A stretch of 64,000 nt of DNA from an uncultured Prevotellaceae bacterium (lineage in GTDB: Bacteria > Bacteroidota > Bacteroidia > Bacteroidales > Bacteroidaceae), in assembly GCA_900321425.1 (NCBI GenBank), contig ONWA01000018.1, positions 15,015 to 79,014 of the forward strand. The letters are read 5' to 3'. Within the stretch, counting starts at the first letter, position 1; each line of letters begins with the position of its first letter. The notes beneath the pieces are model-generated. The model did not search any database and was not told the DNA's origin. It saw only the letters and a list, made by a program, of their open reading frames with translations. A program made the translations under genes and the position numbers. Shown here in pieces: positions 50,561-58,868 of the stretch.

Positions 50561-50767
50561 ATCTTAACTTTGAAATTCTTTTTAATTATGGTATGAATAC
50601 AATATTATAACTGCAAAACTGCAAAATTGTTGCAAAGATACTGAAAAATCTTTTATAAGACAGTGGTTTTTTCAATATTTTGGCAGAAAATGAAATAAAA
50701 GTTTGGATATTTGACAAAAAGGTCCTACCTTTGCATGTTGGAAGATAATATTCGTATCATGATATCT

Positions 50768-51165
50768 GGGGTTGACTGGATTTGACAGCGGGTAGAAATG
50801 GTACGTAAGCATGCGGAGTGACGGCTGTATACTCCATAATCCATTCGGTCGAAAATTTAATTGGCAACAATCAGTATGCTCTCGCTGCTTAATCGAAGCA
50901 CAGTAGATTGAAAGCTTAATTCCTCTGCCAGGCGGAGGAACGAGACGTCGCTCAAGGGATGTTGTTCCGAATCTTCTTGGTTCAGCGGCGCAGGAAAATC
51001 GGGAATAGTCTGTTGGAAGTCCCGGCCAGCGGATGAAATAAAGGGACTAAGGTGATGGATGGGTGGTCCAGGTCTTGCCATCGCACGAAAATGAAGTCTG
51101 GAATAAGCATGTAGAAAGCGTATGGTTTCCCTGTTTGGACGAGGGTTCGACTCCCTCCAGCTCCA
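50768..51165 (+). ncRNA. ssrA: tmRNA; tag peptide (A)GNNQYALAA at 50863-50892
   Basis: 5' GGGGTTGACTGGATTTGAC; 3' GACGAGGGTTCGACTCCCTCCAGCTCCA T-arm/acceptor; tag ORF ending YALAA*; promoter TACCTTTG at 50726. Confidence 0.96.
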
Positions 51166-51185
51166 CAGTAAAGAAATGAAGAGAA

Positions 51186-53648
51186 ATGACAGAAGAAAAG
51201 AAAACTTATGTGGAGAGCACTAGCGAGGCTCCTTACGTACAGCAAGAAGACGTGGAGTCTTCGTTCTTTAATTTTCAGAACATCTATGCCATGCTGATTC
51301 TGAATTGGCAGTGGTTCATCTTGTCTTTGATTATCTGCGTGTCACTTGCGATGATCTACCTCCGCTATTCGACACCAGTCTATCAGACAAGTGCCAAGAT
51401 GCTGATCAAGGACGATAACAGCAAGTACTCCCGTAGAAATTCGATGCTGAGTAATATGACAGAAATGGGTTTTATGACCAATTCTGCCGGTATCGAGAAT
51501 GAGGTGGAGGTACTACAGTCAAAGATTCTGGCTCGTGAGGCTGTGATGGATCTGAAACTCTATACGGAATATCGTATTGAGGGGCGCGTGAGAAAGCAAC
51601 TCCTGTACAAGACACAACCCGTCAATGTAGAGATTGATACGGAGATTCTCGACCAACTGGACCGTGAGATGCTGGATTCTCTTCGCTCCTTGAAACTGGA
51701 GATTAACAAGACGGACAAGGGATATGAAGTAGAAGGCTGTGTACTGTATAATGGTGCTCCGAGAAGACCTTTTGCTCATCACTATCAGACGCTTCCTGCT
51801 ACGGTTAAGACAGAAATCGGTATGGTCCGTTTGGAGAACAACCCCAGTTATAACAGTCGTAAGAATGATGAATATACGCTTCATGTCAATATCGTGCCGC
51901 CCATGGTTCGCGCCAGTTCGTATGTGGCAAACCTAAGTGTAGCACCAACGTCGAAGATGACTTCTATCGCATTGCTGACGCTGAACGATGAGATTCCTCG
52001 TCGAGGACTGGAGTACCTCAAACAGCTGGCTATCTGCTATAACCGTCAGGCCAATGCAGACAAGAACGAGATTGCCCTGAAGACAGAGCAGTTTATCAAT
52101 TCTCGTCTTGAGAAGATTGACGCTGAGTTGGGAACAACGGAGGGGGCATTGGAGCAGTATAAGCGTAGTAACAATTTGATTGATGTACGTGCCAACTCCA
52201 CACTGGCTCTTCAGCAGACGAGCCAGTATGACCAGAAGATGGCTGAGGTGACCTCACAGATCGAACTGTTGGATTATCTGCGTGAGTTTGTACATAATAA
52301 GACTGTTCAGGAACGTAACAGACTGTTGAAGGCTGTTAGTGAGAAGGCTCCTCAGGCTCAGACACTTACAATGTCTCTTGACGAACTGCGTTCACCAATC
52401 CGTACTGCCTTGATGCAGGCACGTCAAGCTGCTGACATTGAACGCAAGGGTATTCGTGTAGAACAGTCGAAGTATCAGGGACAGGTATCGAGTACTCCTG
52501 AGCAAGAGCGTGTGCTGACCCAGATCGGTCGTCAGCAAGAGGTGAAATCTGGTCTGTATCTGTTGTTGCTGCAGAAACGTGAGGAGAATAGCATCTCGTT
52601 GGCTGCTACGGCAGATAACGGAAAACTGATTGACGAACCTGCCTTCAATGGTAAGGTGAGCCCCAAGAATGCTATCATCCTATTGGTAGCCCTGATTCTC
52701 GGACTGGGTCTGCCAATGGTGGTACTTTTCCTGATTCAGTTGCTGAGCTTCCGTATTGAGGGTCATGAAGATCTGGCACGTCTTACGAACTTGCCTATTG
52801 TTGCCGATGTGGCTGTGGCAAGCGACAATGTGAAGAGTGCTGCCGGTATTGTGGTGAAAGCCAATACGAACAACCAGATTGATGAGATATTCCGCTCGCT
52901 CCGTACCAATATTCAGTTTATGATGAAGGAGGGTGACCAGGTTGTTCTGTTTACGTCAAGTATCTCTGGAGAGGGTAAGACCTTCCTGGCTGCGAATATC
53001 GCGGTATCGTTTGCTCTGTTGGGTAAGAAGGTCGTCCTCTGCGGTCTGGATATCCGTAAACCTGCTTTGGGTAAGCTCTTTGGCGTGAAAGACCGTAAAC
53101 TGGGTATTACCAGCCTGTTGACAAGAGTACAGGTGACCGCTGATGATGTGATGGGTCAGATATGTCCTTCTGGTGAGAACGAGAACCTTGACCTGCTGTT
53201 GGCTGGTCCTACGCCTCCTAATCCAACGGAGCTCTTGGCTCGTGACAATATGTCACAAATTATCGAGATATTAAAGAGCAAGTACGACTATATTATTTTG
53301 GATACTGCTCCTGTCGGTCTGGTAACAGATACACTGGAGTTGTCGAAACTGACGAATATTACCTGTTGTGTCGTTCGTGCAGACTATACACCAAAGACCA
53401 ATATCGCCTTGCTGAACCAGTTGACAAAAGACGGCAAACTGTACAATGTATGCACAGTGCTGAACGGTGTGGACATGTCGAAGAAGAAGTATGGCTACTA
53501 TTATGGCTATGGACGCTACGGCAAGTACGGTAAGTATGGTAGCTACGGTCGCTATGGCAATTATGGTAGCTACGGCAATTACGGCAACTATGGTAATTAT
53601 GCCGATTCACACTACGGAAAGAAGGAAGATAACTCAATTAAGAAGTAA
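51186..53648 (+). CDS. wzc: Wzc-type polysaccharide copolymerase/tyrosine autokinase
   Basis: Two TM segments; EIFRSLRTN, Walker A SISGEGKT, DIRKP, IILDTAP; C-terminal Tyr-Gly cluster. Confidence 0.93.
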   Translation: MTEEKKTYVESTSEAPYVQQEDVESSFFNFQNIYAMLILNWQWFILSLIICVSLAMIYLRYSTPVYQTSAKMLIKDDNSKYSRRNSMLSNMTEMGFMTNSAGIENEVEVLQSKILAREAVMDLKLYTEYRIEGRVRKQLLYKTQPVNVEIDTEILDQLDREMLDSLRSLKLEINKTDKGYEVEGCVLYNGAPRRPFAHHYQTLPATVKTEIGMVRLENNPSYNSRKNDEYTLHVNIVPPMVRASSYVANLSVAPTSKMTSIALLTLNDEIPRRGLEYLKQLAICYNRQANADKNEIALKTEQFINSRLEKIDAELGTTEGALEQYKRSNNLIDVRANSTLALQQTSQYDQKMAEVTSQIELLDYLREFVHNKTVQERNRLLKAVSEKAPQAQTLTMSLDELRSPIRTALMQARQAADIERKGIRVEQSKYQGQVSSTPEQERVLTQIGRQQEVKSGLYLLLLQKREENSISLAATADNGKLIDEPAFNGKVSPKNAIILLVALILGLGLPMVVLFLIQLLSFRIEGHEDLARLTNLPIVADVAVASDNVKSAAGIVVKANTNNQIDEIFRSLRTNIQFMMKEGDQVVLFTSSISGEGKTFLAANIAVSFALLGKKVVLCGLDIRKPALGKLFGVKDRKLGITSLLTRVQVTADDVMGQICPSGENENLDLLLAGPTPPNPTELLARDNMSQIIEILKSKYDYIILDTAPVGLVTDTLELSKLTNITCCVVRADYTPKTNIALLNQLTKDGKLYNVCTVLNGVDMSKKKYGYYYGYGRYGKYGKYGSYGRYGNYGSYGNYGNYGNYADSHYGKKEDNSIKK
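53490..53600 (+). repeat. 9-bp period repeat encoding the (YGx)n tyrosine cluster
   Basis: YGRYGKYGKYGSYGRYGNYGSYGNYGNYGNY. Confidence 0.9.
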
Positions 53649-54024
53649 ATGACCATTGCAGTAGATTTCGACGGTACCATCGTAGAAAACAGATATCCAA
53701 AGATCGGTGACGAGATTCCTTTTGCCTTGTCGCGAGGGACAGTTGCTGGAAGACGCATTGGCGTGGTGTGACCAAAGGGGCATCCGGTTCTATGCTGTTA
53801 ATCGTGACTATCCTGAGGAGACAACGGAAAACAATCCGTCGTTCTCGCGAAAGATCAAGGCGGATCTGTTTATTGATGACCGCAATCTGGGTGGTCTGCC
53901 TGACTGGGGGACTATCTATCGGATGGTTAAGCACCATAGGAAATGGGAAGACATGATGGATGAGACAACCTACGTGTCTTCTGGCCACAGGCGTCATAAG
54001 AAAAAGCACTGGTGGCAGTTTTGA
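53649..54024 (+). pseudogene. HAD-like hydrolase (BT0820-like), frameshifted near 53727
   Basis: MTIAVDFDGTIVENRYPKIGDEIPFA from ATG 53649, then a second frame CREGQLLEDA...KADLFIDDRNLGG. Confidence 0.8.
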
Positions 54025-54047
54025 TGATAAAATATAAGTAAAGTCAT

Positions 54048-54845
54048 ATGAAAAAGATTTTTTATTTTGCAGCATTATTGACAATCACAGTACTCTTCTA
54101 CAGCTGTGGCAGTACGAAGAATGTCGCTTATTTCCAGAATAGCGACTCAGTGAACTATGCCAACTCTGTATATCTGTATGATGCCCATATCATGCCCAAA
54201 GACCAGCTGACGATTACCGTGAGTACGGTCAACAAGGAGGCTGCGGTTCCTTTCAACCTAACAGTGCCGACACCTTATACTCAAGGACAACGCTCTACCT
54301 ATTCACAGGAGATGCTGCAGAGTTATCTTGTTGATAATGAGGGTAATATTAATTTCCCGATAATCGGTCGCGTGAAGGTGATGGGACTGACGAAGTCGGA
54401 GGCTGAGCGTATGCTGGAGGATAAGATCCGTCCTTATATGGCGGCCACAGAGAATCCTATTGTGACTGTTCGCATGTCGAGCTATTCTATCTCAGTATTG
54501 GGTGAGGTGGCCCGTCCTGGTAGTTTTCAGGTGAGCAGAGAGAAAATCACGATTCTTGAGGCTTTGGCTCAAGCAGGTGACCTCACCATATATGGTGTGC
54601 GCGATAAAGTGAAGCTGATTCGTGAGGATGCTACTGGAAAGAAGGAGATTCATGTGTTGAACCTAAACGATGCGAATATCGTCAGCTCACCATATTACTA
54701 TCTGCAACAGAATGATGTGGTATATGTGGAGCCTAACAAGGTGAAGGCGCAGAACTCCAGTGTGGGTAGTATGACTACGCTCTGGTTCTCTGCTACGAGT
54801 ATCCTGATCTCCCTTGCCTCATTGTTGTATAATATTCTCAAATAA
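54048..54845 (+). CDS. wza: Wza-type polysaccharide export lipoprotein
   Basis: Lipobox FYSC; YLVDNEGNINFPIIG, VLGEVARPG, EALAQAGDLT, LQQNDVVYVEPN. Confidence 0.92.
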   Translation: MKKIFYFAALLTITVLFYSCGSTKNVAYFQNSDSVNYANSVYLYDAHIMPKDQLTITVSTVNKEAAVPFNLTVPTPYTQGQRSTYSQEMLQSYLVDNEGNINFPIIGRVKVMGLTKSEAERMLEDKIRPYMAATENPIVTVRMSSYSISVLGEVARPGSFQVSREKITILEALAQAGDLTIYGVRDKVKLIREDATGKKEIHVLNLNDANIVSSPYYYLQQNDVVYVEPNKVKAQNSSVGSMTTLWFSATSILISLASLLYNILK

Positions 54846-54881
54846 ACTGTCAACATCCTTGCTGACGTAAACTTGTGTACT

Positions 54882-55058
54882 ATGAGCGAGAGACACCATC
54901 ACCACCATCATCACGAGGATGATGCTTCGAGATTTAAGCGTCGGAGTATTAATTCTATAGCACGAAAGAAGAAGATAGCGCGTTTTCTGAAGCTTTTCCT
55001 CACCATCGTTGCGGCGGTGTTGGTGCTAGTCGCATTCGTCTTGTATTTTGTTCTGTAA
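54882..55058 (+). CDS. Small His7 membrane protein
   Basis: MSERHHHHHHHEDD, a basic stretch, then one C-terminal TM helix; fits between wza and the kinase. Confidence 0.7.
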   Translation: MSERHHHHHHHEDDASRFKRRSINSIARKKKIARFLKLFLTIVAAVLVLVAFVLYFVL

Positions 55059-55073
55059 GCTACGGTCATCGTC

Positions 55074-56213
55074 ATGGAGTATCAGTATCATATCTTCTCG
55101 CCCTACCGGGTATGTCCTATAGGAGCACATGTTGATCATCAGCATGGACTGGTAACAGGTTTTGCTATCGATAAAGGTGTAGACTTGTGGTTTAATGTGC
55201 GTGAAGACGGTCTCGTCAAGCTCTCCTCCAAGACTTTCGAAGGTAATGTGGAGTTTGATATCACTAAGCCATCACAGGTGCGTGAGCACCACTGGGGCGA
55301 TTATGCCCGTGGTGCCAAATATGCTTTGCGCAAGCGTTTTGAACTGACGAGGGGTGTGGAGGGTGTATTACAAGGCTCTCTCCCTGTAGGCGGTTTATCT
55401 TCGTCTGCTGCTGTCTTGATTGCCTATGTGATGGCGTTTGCCAAGGCCAACGGTATCAAACTGCAGCCCTTTGAAGTAGTACAGATAGCTTCTGAGGCAG
55501 AGCGTGAATATATCGGCCTGAACAATGGTCTGCTGGACCAGAGTTGTATCGCACTGGGTAAAAAAGACGGTCTGCTGTTTCTTGATTGTGACACCAATGA
55601 CTATCGCATCATCAAACGGCATCCAGAGATGCCAGACTTTGAAATAGGTATCTTTTTCTCAGGATTGACGCGTTCACTGGTAAACAGTGACTATAACTTG
55701 CGTGTGTATGAGTGTAAGACGGCTGCATGGAATATGCTGGCTTATACGGATCAACCTCTGAAAACCTTCGACAAGACATTCTTGCGCGATATTCCCAAAG
55801 CCACTTTCGAGAAGACACGTATCGCTATGCCAGCTCGATTTGCACGTAGAGCAGAGCATTTCTATTCTGAATACCGTAGGGTGCGTCAGGGCGTGACGGC
55901 TTGGGAGACAGGTAACCTGAAGCTGTTTGGTAAACTGTCGTTCGACTCCTGTGAGAGTTCTATCCATAACTACGAGTGTGGTTCGCCTGAGCTCATCGCT
56001 ATCTACGAGATTATGCGCGAGTTGCCTGGTGTCTATGGAGGTCGCTTCTCTGGAGCAGGCTTCAAGGGAGCATGTATCGCACTTGTGGATCCTGCTTACA
56101 AGGAGGAGATTGAAAAAACGTTGACGAAGAAATATCTGGAGCAGTTTCCAGAATATGAGCGTACTTTCCAGGTGTTCTGGGTAAAACCAGACAATGGTGC
56201 GCGTTTCGTTTGA
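55074..56213 (+). CDS. GHMP sugar kinase, galacturonokinase-like
   Basis: SPYRVCPIGAHVDHQ, GGLSSSAA, NGLLDQ, GGRFSGAGFKG. Confidence 0.85.
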   Translation: MEYQYHIFSPYRVCPIGAHVDHQHGLVTGFAIDKGVDLWFNVREDGLVKLSSKTFEGNVEFDITKPSQVREHHWGDYARGAKYALRKRFELTRGVEGVLQGSLPVGGLSSSAAVLIAYVMAFAKANGIKLQPFEVVQIASEAEREYIGLNNGLLDQSCIALGKKDGLLFLDCDTNDYRIIKRHPEMPDFEIGIFFSGLTRSLVNSDYNLRVYECKTAAWNMLAYTDQPLKTFDKTFLRDIPKATFEKTRIAMPARFARRAEHFYSEYRRVRQGVTAWETGNLKLFGKLSFDSCESSIHNYECGSPELIAIYEIMRELPGVYGGRFSGAGFKGACIALVDPAYKEEIEKTLTKKYLEQFPEYERTFQVFWVKPDNGARFV

Positions 56214-56248
56214 TCATTTGATTGATTCATATATTTAAATTTAACTCT

Positions 56249-57088
56249 ATGAGAAACCTTTTTGATGGGCGTATTATGCCCTTATTATGCCTATTGGCAT
56301 GGATGCTAATGGCGTGTGAGCAACCCTTGATGACCACTGATGAGGACTCTGTTGAGGATACTCCTGTAGAGGTGGATGATGAGACTGAACATACCCTTAA
56401 GGTGTATGTGGAAAATCTTCAGAGTAGATGTACTCGTCTGAACTATGTGCTTTTTCAGAATGGTAACAAACTGAAGACCTTTACGCAGAAACGGGCTGAC
56501 AGTGATTTCGGGCACAAGAGTCTTGACCTCGCTCCTGGCACATATCAACTATTGCTGTTGGCTTACGACGGTGATTCTAATCCTACCATATCATCACCTG
56601 AGAAAATCACTTTCGGCAACAAATCGCCAGGGATGAGCGATGTGCTCTATGCGTACCAAGAGCTGACTGTCGCTGAGGAGGCTTCGACGCTGTATATCCC
56701 TCTACGATGGGCCTCTTCCACTTTTCAGCTTCATACCACTGATGATGTGCCGTCGTGGGTGCGTAGTATCCGAATCTATTATACAGGGGGGAGCAGTACA
56801 CTGAGTGCGTTGACAGGGATGGGTAATGCCAATTCCCGTCAGGAGGTGATTTTCGACATCAATGACTCGCAGATAGGGAGCCCTCTGCTATTGGAAGTCT
56901 ATTCTTTCCCTCGGTTAGACAAGAATATCAAGATGCAAATAACCGTCAGCAATGATTCGCAGGTGTTGTTAGAGCGACAATATGACGATATCTGCCTGTC
57001 TCCTGGCTCCTTACTCCGCTATGAGGGACGATTCTTTGGCGAAACACAAGAGGAAATGCAGAAAATCTATCTTTCTCCTTTTGAATGA
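56249..57088 (+). CDS. Lipoprotein, FimB/Mfa2-like fimbrial-subunit type
   Basis: Lipobox LMAC; LAPGTYQLLLLA; beta-rich; YEGRFF near the C-terminus. Confidence 0.55.
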   Translation: MRNLFDGRIMPLLCLLAWMLMACEQPLMTTDEDSVEDTPVEVDDETEHTLKVYVENLQSRCTRLNYVLFQNGNKLKTFTQKRADSDFGHKSLDLAPGTYQLLLLAYDGDSNPTISSPEKITFGNKSPGMSDVLYAYQELTVAEEASTLYIPLRWASSTFQLHTTDDVPSWVRSIRIYYTGGSSTLSALTGMGNANSRQEVIFDINDSQIGSPLLLEVYSFPRLDKNIKMQITVSNDSQVLLERQYDDICLSPGSLLRYEGRFFGETQEEMQKIYLSPFE

Positions 57089-57221
57089 GCTGTTATTTGT
57101 CGTTTTTGAGCTGTTAACTCATAAATATGGGAAAAAAATGCGGAAAAGTTTTGTGCGAATTGAAATTTTGAGTACCTTTGTAGGCTAACTAAAAATTCAA
57201 TAATAACTAATATCATTGGAA

Positions 57222-58838
57222 ATGAAGAAACTGCTGCTATTATCCACTCTCCTTATCTCATATTGTCTGATATGGGCACAAGGGCCGAATGGTTCTGGCA
57301 AATATTATCAGAATGCCAACGGAAAGAAAGGTGAGGCTTTGAAAACCGCGCTCTATCAGATTATCAATTCTCATCATGTCATTGGCTATGATGGATTGTA
57401 TGAAGCGTATAAGAAAACAGATACCCGTGCGGATGGTTATGTGCGTGACTGGTATTCTAAAACAACCAAATATAGGCATGTAACGGATAAAGCGGGAAAC
57501 TATAGTAAAGAAGGAGACTGTTATAATCGTGAACATTCTGTACCTCAAAGTTGGTTTAGTGGTAGCACGATTGCATGTGATATCGTACATGTCTTACCCA
57601 CAGATGGGTATGTGAATAATCGTCGTTCAAATTATCCATTTGGCGAAGTGAATAATGTGACGTATTCATCCAATCAGGGTTATTGCAAACTTGGTTCTTG
57701 TAAGACGGTAGGATATAATGGTACTGTGTTTGAGCCAGGAGATGATATCAAGGGTGATCTTGCGCGTGCCTATTTCTATATGGCGACTTGCTACGAGAAT
57801 GTCGCAAAGGATTGGGGACATGATGTCTTTACAGGAACAAAGTACCAGCCTTTCTCAACGTGGACATTTAATATGTTGCTACGGTGGGCACAGGAAGATC
57901 CTATCGATGATATAGAGATAGCTAGAAACAATGCTGTCTATGAGACACAACAGAATCGTAACCCATTCGTAGACTATCCTGGGTTGGAAAACTATATTTG
58001 GGGAGACAAGAAAAACATTGCTTTCAGCTATGACAACTATGAAGGTGGCGGCGGCACGGTTATTACACCTGTGGCCATGCCGGTATTCTCTCCTGATGAG
58101 GGTACTTATTATGATCAGGTAGAAGTGTCGATTACCTGTGCTACCGACGGTGCCATCATCTATTATACCACTACGGGAGCAGAGCCTACGACCACCGATC
58201 AGTTGTATGAAGGACCGTTTGTCTTGACTGAATCTGCTACGGTGAAGGCAGTGGCCTTCAAGGGCGAAGACAAGAGTAGTGTCGCTATTGCTGATTACAC
58301 GATCAAAGAGCAGGGTGGTGGAGAAACACCTACGGATGGAGAGGCAGAGTTGAACAACACCTTCTTTGGATATACTGGAAGTGGTACTATTAATAAATCT
58401 GATGCTGATGACTTAGTAGGAAAAAAGGATGGCATCACTTTAACTTATGCTTTAGGTACAGGTGGGCAGCGCTATGCTACTGCTTCGGAAATACGTCTGT
58501 ATTCTGGCAATACTTTGACTTTCAGTGTAGAGCAAGGAACGTTGACTGAAATAGTATTTACCATTGGAACAAAGACTAGTCCATTAAGTGCGAATACTGG
58601 TTCGTTTAATGATTTCAAGTGGACAGGAAATGCTGCCAAGATTGTGATAACCAGTAGTAGTAATACAGCTATCACGGGCATCAAATATAAGGTGTCGGCC
58701 CCCACAGCCATCGAAAGTGTCGAGGATCATCGTTCGCTTTCTGGTCAGCGCGTCATCTATAATCTTCGCGGTCAGCGTGTTACCCATCCTACGCGTGGTT
58801 TGTATATCGTAGATGGAAAGAAGATATTTATTGAATAA
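57222..58838 (+). CDS. Secreted endonuclease I family protein with a chitobiase/Fn3-associated domain and T9SS-type tail
   Basis: YNREHSVPQSWF, VNNRRSNYPFG, KGDLARAYFYM, RNNAV...QQNRNPFVDYP; IYYTTTGAEPT; tail GLYIVDGKK. Confidence 0.92.
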   Translation: MKKLLLLSTLLISYCLIWAQGPNGSGKYYQNANGKKGEALKTALYQIINSHHVIGYDGLYEAYKKTDTRADGYVRDWYSKTTKYRHVTDKAGNYSKEGDCYNREHSVPQSWFSGSTIACDIVHVLPTDGYVNNRRSNYPFGEVNNVTYSSNQGYCKLGSCKTVGYNGTVFEPGDDIKGDLARAYFYMATCYENVAKDWGHDVFTGTKYQPFSTWTFNMLLRWAQEDPIDDIEIARNNAVYETQQNRNPFVDYPGLENYIWGDKKNIAFSYDNYEGGGGTVITPVAMPVFSPDEGTYYDQVEVSITCATDGAIIYYTTTGAEPTTTDQLYEGPFVLTESATVKAVAFKGEDKSSVAIADYTIKEQGGGETPTDGEAELNNTFFGYTGSGTINKSDADDLVGKKDGITLTYALGTGGQRYATASEIRLYSGNTLTFSVEQGTLTEIVFTIGTKTSPLSANTGSFNDFKWTGNAAKIVITSSSNTAITGIKYKVSAPTAIESVEDHRSLSGQRVIYNLRGQRVTHPTRGLYIVDGKKIFIE

Positions 58839-58868
58839 CTTAAAAATAAGACAAAGGAAAAAAGAATC

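Noticed and set aside
51140-51170. tmRNA 3' end as an integration site for a genomic island
   Set aside because: No integrase and no duplicated 3' fragment noticed in the window.
50857-51245. Minus-strand ORFs of 74 and 87 aa
   Set aside because: Antisense to tmRNA.
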